Assembly: GCA_950097015.1 (NCBI GenBank)
Contig: CATNEN010000002.1
Span: forward strand, 2,356,001 to 2,420,000
From: Macrostomum hystrix
Taxonomy: Eukaryota > Animalia > Platyhelminthes
Direction: 5' to 3'
DNA length: 64,000 bases
The position numbers and the translations under genes are program-made. The notes under the pieces were generated by a model that did no database searches, had not been told where the DNA came from, and worked only from the letters and a program-made list of their open reading frames with translations. Numbering within the stretch: the first letter of the stretch is position 1; each line of letters starts with the position of its first letter. Shown piece after piece: positions 44,459-57,112 of this stretch.

Positions 44459-44523
44459 TGGTGCAGAAGAGACAGAGATATGACTTTCGCTGTATTCTGC
44501 ACCCAATCAGCTGCTACGGATAA
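41786..44523 (+). CDS. Allatostatin-C / somatostatin-like neuropeptide precursor; exons 41786-41890 and 44302-44523
   Basis: Exon 1 encodes a signal peptide (MRTAATAVPLCLLLACLLPACSTA..) and ends TGG|GTGAG. A pyrimidine tract plus TAG acceptor at 44301 is phase-0 compatible. The C-terminus KR-QRYDFRCILHPISCY-G* has the C-x6-C PISC motif of AstC (Drosophila pEVRYRQCYFNPISCF). Confidence 0.82.
42380..42665 (-). mobile_element. SINE family 1 copy in the neuropeptide intron
   Basis: The reverse complement aligns with the family; partial tail deletion. Confidence 0.78.
43562..43865. mobile_element. SINE family 1: + strand tail fragment (43562-43618) next to an inverted - strand copy (43640-43865)
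   Basis: GATGTGCCATTGCCCGCAGCC(TTA)n followed by GATGCGGGCAATGGTACATC. Confidence 0.75.
44398..44457 (+). repeat. Pure (CAG)20 polyglutamine tract in the neuropeptide propeptide
   Basis: Counted directly; in frame with exon 2. Confidence 0.95.
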
Positions 44524-45134
44524 TGGGCACAATGAGCACGCGACCCTCGAGTAGTTTTTCAGTTTCCTTTCCTCAATTTTTCTTTTCCTACGAATAGCAA
44601 CAAGAAATCAATTTGATCTTGTTGCTTGAGCCGCTAGGAACCCTGGAATATCTTGACATCTTCATCTAAAAATAAAAGTTTTCAATACATATCGGCAAAA
44701 GGCTCAGAAACTCCGCTATCTATTTCTCTTTAACTCACCTCGCTCCCTTAAACTTAGAAATGCTTTTATCTGAATTCTTCTAAAAAGACAAAGTGGTTCG
44801 GGTCTGTTTTATCTGCTTCACAGCGAGCTGTGATTGCGTGTCTAATTGACCATCACCAATCACCAATAGCATGTTGAGGTGCGGCTGGACAAAGTAAATC
44901 GCAAATCACTAATTAAAATGCTCAGCTCTGATAATTTTCTAATCTGCAACTGGAAAATTCAGAAAGCATTTTATCTGTTGCGAACAACTCGATGAAACAA
45001 ATAAACCTGTTAAAATCCAATCAATGACTGCGGGATGCAGCCATCACAGTCTCAGCGAACTGCAGCGATTGAGTCTTGCCTCAAAAATGTATTTTATTAA
45101 TAACAGAAACAGAGGACGCTGAGACCTCTAAGAC

Positions 45135-46160
45135 AGGGTGTTCACCTGTTAGACAGTGTGTTCACCTGTTAGACAGTGTGTTCACCTGTTAGACAAAGTC
45201 CTCACCTGTTAGACAGTGTGTTCACCTGTTAGACAGTGTGTTCACCTGTTAGACAAAGTCCTCACCTGTTAGACAGTGTATTCACCTGTTAGACAGTGTG
45301 TTCACCTGTTAGACAAAGTCTTCACCTTTTTATCAGTGTCTGTTCACTATTAAGACGGGGTGTTCACCTGTTCAACAGGGTGTTTAACTGTTAGACAGTG
45401 TGTTCACCTGTTAGACAGATGGTTCACCTGTTAGACAGTGTGTTCACCTGTTAGATAGCGTTTTCACCTGTTAGACAGATTGCTCAACAGTTAGATAGTG
45501 TGTTCACCTGTTAGACAGTGCGTTCACCTGTTAGACAGTGTGTTCACCTGTTAGACAGTGCGTTCACCTGTTAGACAGTGCGTTCACCTGTTAGACAGTG
45601 CGTTCACCTGTTAGACAGTGCGTTCACCTGTTAGACAGTGCGTTCACCTGTTAGACAGTGTGTTCACCTGTTAGACAGATTGCTCAACAGTTAGATAGTG
45701 TGTTCACCTGTTAGACAGATTGCTCAACAGTTAGATAGTGTGTTCACCTGTTAGACAGTGTGTTCACCTGTTAGATAGCGTTTTCACCTGTTAGACAGAT
45801 TGCTCAACAGTTAGATAGTGTGTTCACCTGTTAGACAGTGCGTTCACCTGTTAGACAGTGTGTTCACCTGTTAGACAGTGCGTTCACCTGTTAGACAGTG
45901 CGTTCACCTGTTAGACAGTGCGTTCACCTGTTAGACAGTGTTTACCTGTTAGACAGTGTTTACTTGTTAGACAGTGTTTACCTGTTAGACAGTGTTTACT
46001 TGTTAGACAGTGTTTGCACGTTAGACAGTGTTTAACTGTTAGACAGTGTTTACCTGTTAGACAGTGTTTACCTGTTAGACAGTGTGCTCGATTGTTAGAA
46101 AGTGTATTAAATTGTTAGACAGGGTTTTCACCTGTTAGAAAATGTGTTCACCTGTTAGAC
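45135..46160. repeat. 20-bp minisatellite (CACCTGTTAGACAGTGTGTT) with 18-bp variants
   Basis: Tandem repetition. Confidence 0.95.
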
Positions 46161-46489
46161 AGTGTCTGTTCAAATGCTAGAGGTGCTGTACTCTTAGACA
46201 GGCCATCAATTTGTTAATCAGTGTGCCTCAACAAAAATTTGCCAGTACGCAAACCTGGGCTATTAACAGTTTTATTGGCCAAAGCAAGCTGGAGAAATGC
46301 AAAGAAGGCATTGTTAGGCAGAAAAAGCATTGTCTTGAAAGACAGTAAAAAATATAATTTTGAGTGTTTTCCTTCACGAATCGCCTTCAGTTGCGTTTCC
46401 AGGGGGCCTTGCGAGAGTCAAGAGTCACACCTGCCAGCATCTTTTCCTATTTGAAACTTTCTTTATCGCAAAGATAGAGATCCTAGAGG

Positions 46490-49290
46490 ATGGGGATGGG
46501 AGATGGGGATGAGAGATGGGGATGGGAGATGGAGATGGGAGATGGGGATGGGAGATGGGGATGGGAGATGGGGATGGGAGATGGGGATGGGAGATGGGGA
46601 TGGGAGATGGGGATGGGGATGGGAGATGGAGATGGGAGATGGGGATGGGAGATGGGGATGGGAGATGGGGATGGGAGATGGGGATATGGAGATGGGGATA
46701 TGGATATGGGGATGGGAGATGGGGATGGGAGATGGGGATGGAAGATGGGGATGGAAGATGGGGATGGAAGATGGGGATGGAAGATGGAGATGGGAGATGG
46801 AGATGGGAGATGGGGATGCGAGATTGGGATGGGAGATGGGGATGGGAGATGGGGATGGAAGATGGGGATGGAAGATGGAGATGGGAGATGGAGATGGGAG
46901 ATGGGGATGGGAGATTGGGATGGGAGATGGAGATGGGAGATGGGGATGGGAGATGGGGATGGGAGATGGGGATATGGAGATGGGGATATGGATATGGGGA
47001 TGGGAGATGGGGATGGGAGATGGGGATGGGAGATGGGGATGGGAGATGGGGATATGGAGATGGGGATATGGATATGGGGATGGGAGATGGGGATGGGAGA
47101 TGGGGATGGAAGATGGGGATGGAAGATGGGGATGGAAGATGGGGATGGAAGATGGAGATGGGAGATGGAGATGGGAGATGGGGATGGGAGATTGGGATGG
47201 GAGAAGGAGATGGGAGATTGGGATGGGAGATGGAGATGGGAGATGGGGATGGGAGATGGGGATGGGGGATGGGGATATGGAGATGGGGATGGGAGATGGG
47301 GATGGGAGATGTGGATGGGATATGGGGATGGGAGATGTGGATGGGATATGGGGATGGGAGATGGGGATATGGAGATGGGGATGGGAGATGGGGATATGGA
47401 GATGGGGATATGGAAGATGGGGATGGAAGATAGGGATGGAAGATGGGGATGGAAGATGGAGATGGGATGGGGATGGGAGATGGGGATATGGAGATGGGGA
47501 TATGGATATGGGGATGGGAGATGGGGATGGGAGATGGGGATGGAAGATGGGGATGGAAGATGGGGATGGAAGATGGGGATGGAAGATGGAGATGGGAGAT
47601 GGAGATGGGAGATGGGGATGGGAGATTGGGATGGGAGATGGAGATGGGAGATGGGGATGGGAGATGGGGATGGGAGATGGGGATGGAAGATGGGGATGGA
47701 AGATGGGGATGGAAGATGGGGATGGAAGATGGAGATGGGAGATGGAGATGGGAGATGGGGATGGGAGATTGGGATGGGAGATGGAGATGGGAGATGGGGA
47801 TGGGAGATGGGGATGGGAGATGGGGATATGGAGATGGGGATATGGATATGGGGATGGGAGATGGGGATGGGAGATGGGGATGGAAGATGGGGATGGAAGA
47901 TGGGGATGGAAGATGGGGATGGAAGATGGAGATGGGAGATGGAGATGGGAGATGGGGATGGGAGATTGGGATGGGAGATGGAGATGGGAGATGGGGATGG
48001 GAGATGGGGATGGGAGATGGGGATATGGAGATGGGGATATGGATATGGGGATGGGAGATGGGGATGGGAGATGGGGATGGAAGATGGGGATGGAAGATGG
48101 GGATGGAAGATGGGGATGGAAGATGGAGATGGGAGATGGAGATGGGAGATGGGGATGGGAGATTGGGATGGGAGAAGGAGATGGGAGATTGGGATGGGAG
48201 ATGGAGATGGGAGATGGGGATGGGAGATGGGGATGGGGGATGGGGATATGGAGATGGGGATGGGAGATGGGGATGGGAGATGTGGATGGGATATGGGGAT
48301 GGGAGATGTGGATGGGATATGGGGATGGGAGATGGGGATATGGAGATGGAGATGGGAGATGGGGATATGGAGATGGGGATATGGAAGATGGGGATGGAAG
48401 ATAGGGATGGAAGATGGGGATGGAAGATGGAGATGGGATGGGGATGGGAGATGGGGATATGGAGATGGGGATATGGATATGGGGATGGGAGATGGGGATG
48501 GGAGATGGGGATGGAAGATGGGGATGGAAGATGGGGATGGAAGATGGGGATGGAAGATGGAGATGGGAGATGGAGATGGGAGATGGGGATGGGAGATTGG
48601 GATGGGAGATGGAGATGGGAGATGGGGATGGGAGATGGGGATAGGAGATGGGGATATGGAGATGGGGATATGGATATGGGGATGGGAGATGGGGATGGGA
48701 GATGGGGATGGAAGATGGGGATGGAAGATGGGGATGGAAGATGGGGATGGAAGATGGAGATGGGAGATGGAGATGGGAGATGGGGATGGGAGATTGGGAT
48801 GGGAGAAGGAGATGGGAGATTGGGATGGGAGATGGAGATGGGAGATGGGGATGGGAGATGGGGATGGGGGATGGGGATATGGAGATGGGGATGGGAGATG
48901 GGGATGGGAGATGTGGATGGGATATGGGGATGGGAGATGTGGATGGGATATGGGGATGGGAGATGGGGATATGGAGATGGGGATGGGAGATGGGGATATG
49001 GAGATGGGGATATGGAAGATGGGGATGGAAGATAGGGATGGAAGATGGGGATGGAAGATGGAGATGGGATGGGGATGGGAGATGGAGATATGGAGATGGG
49101 GATATGGAAGATGGGGATGGAAGATAGGGATGGAAGATGGGGATGGAAGATGGAGATGGGATGGGGATGGGAGATGGAGATATGGAGATGGGGATATGGA
49201 TATGGGGATGGGAGATGGGGATGGGAGATGGGGATGGGAGATGGGGATGGGAGATGGGGATGGGGGTTGGGGATGGGGGATGGGGATGGG
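46490..49290. repeat. About 2.8-kb G-rich satellite of GGGGAT/GGGAGAT/GGAAGAT units with higher-order duplications
   Basis: Strongly purine-skewed strand; explains all ORFs in 46425-49330. Confidence 0.95.
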
Positions 49291-50036
49291 GGGAGAGATA
49301 GTGAAGTACAGTAGATATTCAAATGAATGAAAGGATAAATAAAATCAGCAAGCGCAAGCTACAGTCCCAAAAATCAAAGCCAAAAGCCTCATGAAAGGCA
49401 GAAATGGGATCTGATAATGCAGACAAAGGGCGACAAAATGTGATTACTGGGAACAGGAAAATATAAAACGATCGAAAATGCCAATGTGATTATCAGGTGG
49501 CAGGAGGACTGAGCAAAGATTCACCTCAAACGAGTAAGCTGTAGGGAGGCTTTTGCTGGTTATCGCGCGCCGCATCTCCATCTCGCGTCTTCGAAACACT
49601 TATCCCGTTCTCATCTTTCAACCAGCGGTAAGATGCTCTTAGCGACAAATTTTCATTTTTTAATGCAAAAATTTACTGGCAAAGAAATTTCTTGAGTTAG
49701 GAAAAACCGCGGGTTTGTCACGCCCGACAAGACAAATTTTCCTTGCTACCTAAAATTAGAAGGCCGATTAGGCAGCAATGGGGACCAGGTTGGTTGGCTG
49801 AAGCCTGTATGATGCCGCCAATTCAATGCATTCTTTTTCAGAAGAAGCAATCCGCTCGTGTCTTACCTTCGATTTTCCGACCTCCTGTATTCTTGTGCAG
49901 TCCAAGCTTTTTAAATTCGTATGTAATTTTGTGTTGCAAAAATCCTAATCTGACATTATGAGCTATAATCACTGCTGAACAATCCTAATCTGACATATGA
50001 CTCTCGCTTTAGAAACTGAGTTAATTAGATCATACG

Positions 50037-51580
50037 CTCTAGCTGCGATTCTAGCTCTAGCTGCGATTCTAGCTCCTGCCGCGATTCTTGCTACTGCTGC
50101 GATTCTAGCTCTAGCTGCGATTCTAGCTCCTGCCGCGATTCTAGCTCTAGCTGCGATTCTAGCTCTAGCTGCGATTCTAGCTACTGCTGCGATTCTTGCT
50201 ACTGCTGCGATTCTAGCTCTAGCTGCGATTCTAGCTCTAGCTGCGATTCTAGCTCCAGCCGCGATTCTAGCTCTAGCTGCGATTCTAGCTCTAGCTGCGA
50301 TTCTAGCTCTAGCTGCGATTCTAGCTCTAGCTGCGATTCTAGCTCTAGCTGCGATTCTAGCTCCTGCCGCGATTCTTGCTACTGCTGCGATTCTAGCTCT
50401 AGCTGCGATTCTAGCTCTAGCTGCGATTCTAGCTCTAGCTGCGATTCTAGCTCTAGCTGCGATTCTAGCTCTAGCTGCGATTCTAGCTACTGCTGCGATT
50501 CTAGCTACTGCTGCGATTCTAGCTACTGCTGCGATTCTTGCTACTGCTGCGATTCTAGCTCTAGCTGCGATTCTAGCTCTAGCTGCGATTCTAGCTCCAG
50601 CCGCGATTCTAGCTCTAGCTGCGATTCTAGCTCTAGCTGCGATTCTAGCTCTAGCTGCGATTCTAGCTCTAGCTGCGATTCTAGCTCTAGCTGCGATTCT
50701 AGCTCCTGCCGCGATTCTTGCTACTGCTGCGATTCTAGCTCTAGCTGCGATTCTAGCTCTAGCTGCGATTCTAGCTACTGCTGCGATTCTAGCTACTGCT
50801 GCGATTCTAGCTCTAGCTGCGATTCTTGCTACTGCTGCGATTCTAGCTACTGCTGCGATTCTAGCTACTGCTGCGTTTCTAGCTCTAGCTGCGATTCTAG
50901 CTCTAGCTGCGATTCTAGCTACTGCTGCGATTCTAGCTCTAGCTGCGATTCTAGCTCTAGCTGCGATTCTAGCTCCTGCCGCGATTCTTGCTACTGCTGC
51001 GATTCTAGCTCTAGCTGCGATTCTAGCTCTAGCTGCGATTCTAGCTACTGCTGCGATTCTAGCTCTAGCTGCGATTCTAGCTCTAGCTGCGATTCTAGCT
51101 ACTGCTGCGATTCTAGCTACTGCTGCGATTCTAGCTACTGCTGCGATTCTAGCTACTGCTGCGATTCTAGCTCTAGCTGCGATTCTAGCTCTAGCTGCGA
51201 TTCTAGCTCCAGCCGCGATTCTAGCTCTAGCTGCGATTCTAGCTCTAGCTGCGATTCTAGCTCTAGCTGCGATTCTAGCTCTAGCTGCGATTCTAGCTCT
51301 AGCTGCGATTCTAGCTCCTGCCGCGATTCTAGCTACTGCTGCGATTCTAGCTCTAGCTGCGATTCTAGCTCTAGCTGCGATTCTAGCTACTGCTGCGATT
51401 CTAGCTACTGCTGCGATTCTAGCTCTAGCTGCGATTCTTGCTACTGCTGCGATTCTAGCTACTGCTGCGATTCTAGCTACTGCTGCGTTTCTAGCTCTAG
51501 CTGCGATTCTAGCTCTAGCTGCGATTCTAGCTACTGCTGCGATTCTTGCTACTGCTGCGATTCTTGCTACTGCTGCAAAC
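50037..51580. repeat. 18-bp minisatellite (GCTCTAGCTGCGATTCTA and variants) with a 612-bp higher-order duplication
   Basis: The rare GCGTTTCT variant recurs at 50875 and 51487, 612 nt or 34 units apart. Confidence 0.95.
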
Positions 51581-52357
51581 CTCTAATCTATGAAACTGTT
51601 TCTCTCTCTCACACTTGATTGATCTGATTTCAAAAGTAAAAATTTCTCACTACCTGAGTTGCATGTAAGTCGGGATAAGGCATGAGGCGTTAAAAACAGG
51701 GCCTTTTCGTTAGGCGGCGTCTTAAAATTTCTGTTCTCGTTTTTTTTAATTAAAGCAAAAAATCACCTCACAGAATCACCTAAAATTCTAGAATCAATCA
51801 GAAAATCATTTATTAGAGTCATGTTATGCACTCGTAATTATACATTTGTATCGATATAACAACAGCAATAAAAATGACGCCTGCACCGTCTTGATATGAA
51901 GAGACACATATCAGTCGCAAATCTTCTAATTTGAAATTCAATCAATAACTTTGCATCATTTTTGGAATGTAAATTAGAAAGCGACTGGAGAAAACGAAGA
52001 ACCACCCGACCTCATGACCACCTCACCTCATGACCACCTGACCTCATGACCACCTCACCTCCCGACCACCTGACCTCATGACCACCTATGCCAACCCTCA
52101 GTTATACCCGCTAATGCTGGTACCCATTTGACAGCTGGGTGAACTAAAGCAATGCAGAGTTGCTGAAGGACACAAGTTGTTCCAGTGAGTCTGGAACTGG
52201 CCACTAGTACTTATGAGTGTTGACTTCACGACCACCTGACTGAATCACCACCTCAGACACGACACTGATCACGTGACCTAATGACTAACTGATCTTGTCA
52301 CCTGATGAACTCCTGACCCCTTAACCGCATGGTGAGTCATTGGGCACCCAATCTCAG

Positions 52358-55300
52358 TCACTCCAATGCTTCAGTCAGTGGTGGCAGTAGAAGGCTGTAC
52401 AGCAGTCGATCTCTGGCCAGATGCCTTCCAATGAGCACCCCGTTTGAGTCCATGCCTTTCCTGGCCAAACTCTCCATGCGGCAATGGGCCCCCCACTGGT
52501 CGGAGGGTCGCATGAGGCCGCCAGCTACAGCGTTAGTAGCGAATCGAACCCTGCCTGACCGGTTTTGCTTTTGTTTGTCTGAATGTTCGCTGCGTGACAG
52601 GACTGTGGGATCGAGTGGCGGTAGCAGGACTAGCGGCAGCTGATACCTACTGGTTGCATCAACACCTGGCGATCGCCAGGTTGCCATGTAATTGCTGGCA
52701 TCGGGTCGATGCTCGACTTGAAGATGACGGTCGCTGAGACTGGTTGAAAAGGGTGAAAAAGACTGGTTAAATTATTCAACTGCTTACTCTACTGCTAAAG
52801 TCAGTAGAGTGTATAGATTTGTAAGTTCTTTCTGGAAAGTGCTTTTGTTTTTTAGAGTCCTAAAAGCTTGGAAAAATTAGCGATTGAGACCGATTGAGGT
52901 AGATTGGGAGCGGTTCGAGCGGTTGATAGCAGTTGAGATCGATTGGGAGCGGTTGAGGTGGATTGGGAGGGGTTGAGGTGGATTGGGAGCGTTTGAAGTC
53001 AATTGAGAGCGTTTGAGGTCAATTTGGAGCAGTTAGAGCGCTTGATAGCAGCTTAGATCGATTGGAAGCATTTTAGGTCGATTGGGAGTGGTTGAGGTCA
53101 ATTGAGAGCGTTTGAGGTCGATTGAGAGCGGTTGAAATCAACTGAGAGCGTTTGAGGTCAATTGGGAGCGGTTGAGGGCGATTGGGAGCGGTTCGAGCGG
53201 TTGATAGTCGTTGAGGTCGATTGGGAGCGGTTGAGGTCAATGGGGAGCGGTTGAGGTCAATGGGGAGCGGTTGAGGTCAATTGGGAGCGGTTCGAGCGGT
53301 TGATGGTCGTTGAGGTCAATTGGGAGCGGTTCGAGCGGTTGATAGTCGTTGAGGTCAATTGAGAGCGTTTGAGGTCGATTGGGAGCGGTTGAGGTCAATT
53401 AAGAGCGGTTGAGGTTTATTAGGAGTAGTTGAGGTCAACGGGGAGCGGTTGAGGGCGATTGGGAGCGGTTAAGGGCGATTAGGAGCGGTTGAGGTCGATT
53501 GGGAGCGGTTGAGGTCGATTGGGAGCGGTTAAGGTCGATTGGGAGCGGTTAAGGTTGATTGAGAGCGGTTGAGGTCAATGGGGAGCGGTTGAGGTCGATT
53601 GGGAGCGTTTAAGGTTGATTGAGAGCGGTTGAGGTCAATGGGGAGCGGTTGAGGTCGATTGGGAGCGGTTGAGTTCAATGGGGAGCGGTTGAGGTCGATT
53701 GGGAGCGGTTAAGGTTGATTGAGAGCGGTTGAGGTCAATGGGGAGCGTTTGAGGTCGATTGGGAGGGATTCAGATCGGTTGATAGCAGTGGCACTTTTCA
53801 CTCACAATCCATAGTTCACATAACTGGTTCCATACAGCAGCTGGTCAGTCAGCCTGGGACATCGATAGGGTTTCTGGCGTGAGCGCTCCGCGATGGCCCC
53901 CGAGTCTATGCGCTCGATCGGTGGCAAATTCGCCACCAGTCGCTTTAGCCGGAAGTCGCCCATTCGACTGGGAATGTTTTAATAGTTTTTGTGAACTGTG
54001 AACCCAAAAGAGTCATTTGCAATGAAATCACACGAATTCTAACCGCGTATCCTATTTCATGAGCAATAAAATGTGCTCACTCGAAAACTGTCTCTTCTCT
54101 GGTGTCGTGGAATCGGTGCCTCCTCTGAGCAGGTCGCGGAATCGGCGGAGTCGGTGCTGGAGGTTGCCACATCTGCAATTTTCATGAAGATTTGTTCGCG
54201 ATTGTTAGTTTAAATATATCAAATATATAATGTGAGAGCGCCATTTCATTTAGAAAGATTCGCGATCAATAACTTTTGACGCCAGTTTAGTCATTACGAG
54301 CAATAAACAGTTGAACAGAAAGTCTAACAATAAAATAATAATAGCAGGAGGGCTGTGGGGGCACTGAACATCATTTGGTGACACTTGACAATCAGCCAGC
54401 GAGAGGTAATTCTTCCCTATTTCGCTGACTCCTGAGCACAAACGAATACAGATGCTGTGTGTCGACTATGTACATTTCATTTGACTCGTTTGACCTTCAA
54501 AGTGAGGTTGACCCTTAAATGCGAAAGTTCCATGATGACCTCCAAAAGCCTTCGCCCCAAATGAATGCGGATTCGCCGCAGATTCGAGCTCAGGGACCTT
54601 AAGATAGAAAGGCAGAAGTAATAAACGCCCTGCCGTCAGCATCGTCGAGATATGTCTATCACGTGTCTATCATGTGTCTATCATGTGTCTATCACATGTC
54701 TATCATGTGTCTATCATCATGTCTATCATGTGTCTATCATGTGTCTATCATGTGTCTATCATGTGTCTATCATGTGTCTATCATGTGTCTATCATCATGT
54801 CTATCATGTGTCTATCATGTGTCTATCATGTGTCTATCATGTGTCTATCATGTGTCTATCATGTGTCTATCATCATGTCTATCATTAGAATAACAGCATC
54901 TGCAAACCTCATCGTCAAATCCAAATAGCGACCCGATTGTTACGACTGGCGGCAGGGTAAATTGAACTTCGGTCCGCCCAGCCTTCTTGACTGTCCCGTC
55001 GAATCCAAGCTGTTCCTCAAAATCGATTTCGTCTTCTTGGTCTTGTTCATCGCTGTCATCTTCGTGGTCTCTCTGGCTGACGCTGGTGGCGATTGTTTGA
55101 CGCTCTTCTTCACTTAACGCCATCAACTTCCGCTGCTTCTGCTGCAGTCCTTTGCTGTCCGAGTCCGAGGTGGTCGCGCTGTCCGATTCCAGACTCTCCG
55201 TGCCCATGCCTGAGTCGGATGGGCGATGACGTCGTGGTCGTCGGCGACGCATGTCGTTCCGTCCCGCGTCCTCGGCAAGGGTGGCGGAAAGCAGTGCGCC

Positions 55301-57073
55301 AGTCCAGCGCTGAAACATTTTTGTTGGAAGGGAAAATGACGCTTCGTTAGACGGCCCGAAATTACGTCGAAGTCCCACTTCCTCCAATTAACTCATACGG
55401 AATTTCATAGTAAGCTTACCTTATTTAACTCATGATTCAACTCATGGCCCATCTGTTGAAGGAGATTCACCAAGTTTTCACCTTTGAAGCGAACATCAGA
55501 ATCGATAACCTCACCACGTGACTGCACACCCCCTCTCCGCGCCTGATTGGCCAGCTTCATGAGCTCATCGATCAGATTCTCCAGCTGGGCGACGATAGCT
55601 GACACCAGGTGAAGCTCGAAATCCTCATCTAGAGGCAATTGTCTGCGTTGTTAGGGGCATTTAAGAATTAACAAGCGCATGTGCTCGAATCTATAATTTT
55701 GGGAATCGACGTCTTGGGATTTGACGTCAAGGGATTTGACATCAAGGGATTTTTACGTCAATGAGTTTGACGTCATGGGATTTGACGCCCTAAGTTTTCA
55801 CGTCGTTGGATTTGACGTCATGGGATTTCAAAGCATGAAGGCCTCACTGCTTTATTTCCAAAAGCCTGCGGCACATCTCGCGGTGATCAGCCACGCTGCT
55901 AGCAGACTCTGCCATCAGTTCGGTGAGGGCCGTGGCCACAGGCTCAGTTAAAAGCATCACATCAGGACGGCCGAACCACGGCTCGGAGACGATGGACGTC
56001 AGCAGATCGAAAGATTTATCCCATTCGACTCGAAGCTCCTCCAAATTCTCTGTATTCGATTCCGATTTAGTTTCCGAAGTCTGCTCTTCTGGATCCGTGT
56101 CCGGTTCTACTCCCGTTTCTTGTTCGACTTCCGGTTCTTGTTCGACTTCCGGTTCTTGTTCGACCCCCGGTTTTTGTTCGACCCCCGGTTTTTGTTCCAC
56201 TTCCTTGACAAAGTCAATTGACTTAGCTAGTACAGCTTCTGGCTCCTCTTCTCGGTATGTGGCAATGCTGGGCACATCCTGTACACCCTGCGGCGATTCC
56301 GATTCCGCTTTCCCTTCCTGAAAATTCTCAGCGCTTGGCACGTCTTGCGCATCTTGTATCGTTGATTCAGGATCCGGAAATTCATCGACTTTCTCGACAT
56401 TTTCAGCGTCGTCAGCAGCATCGACGTCCACGACGGTGACAATTATGGGAACTGCAACAGTAGCAAGCTCGGACTCTGAAGGAATAATTGATGGAAGCTC
56501 TTCCGATAAGATCTGCTCCTGCTGCAGTTGCTGTTGTTGCTGTAACGGCGACGGTGGTAGAGATGCCGGCGGCGGCAGCGGAAGTGACTTCGGAACTGGA
56601 AGACGTCGGTTCGCGGCCGGCTGATTTCGCCTCCTTGGCGGCTTGAGCTGCTGCTTGACGACTTGCGGTGGCGGTGGCTTCGGCGCCTGAGGCTGTGAAG
56701 CTGACTTTTGCCATATTGGCGGTGGTGGCGGCGGAGGTGGCGGTGGTGGAGGCGGAGTCGGCGGGGTCGGGTTCGTGTCTCTAGCAGTTTCCGGCTCTGA
56801 CGGAGGCGAAGGCATCGATTCTGGCTGCTGATCCTGAAAGAGGGATTTTTCGGGGTTCCCTGTGCCTTGATCGAGTTGTGTTTCGGTCATAACTTTATAA
56901 GCCTAGCTCACTACGTCCACACCTTCCAGTCGACCTGTCGTTGCTGCTGCTGCCGTCGCTGCTGCTGCTGCTGCCTTAGTTGCCGCAGCTGCTGTTGATC
57001 TGGCAGTGGTGGCAGCTTTGTCTGCTGAGCACCCGGGTTGATTCTACGCCTTTGTCGCTGTGAAGTCAGCTCT

Positions 57074-57112
<39 letters not shown>

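Noticed and set aside
46425-49330. 965-aa and 946-aa ORFs and other long ORFs (PSPI-rich or GDGRW-rich)
   Set aside because: Translations of a purine/pyrimidine-skewed satellite that can rarely form stop codons; open in several frames.
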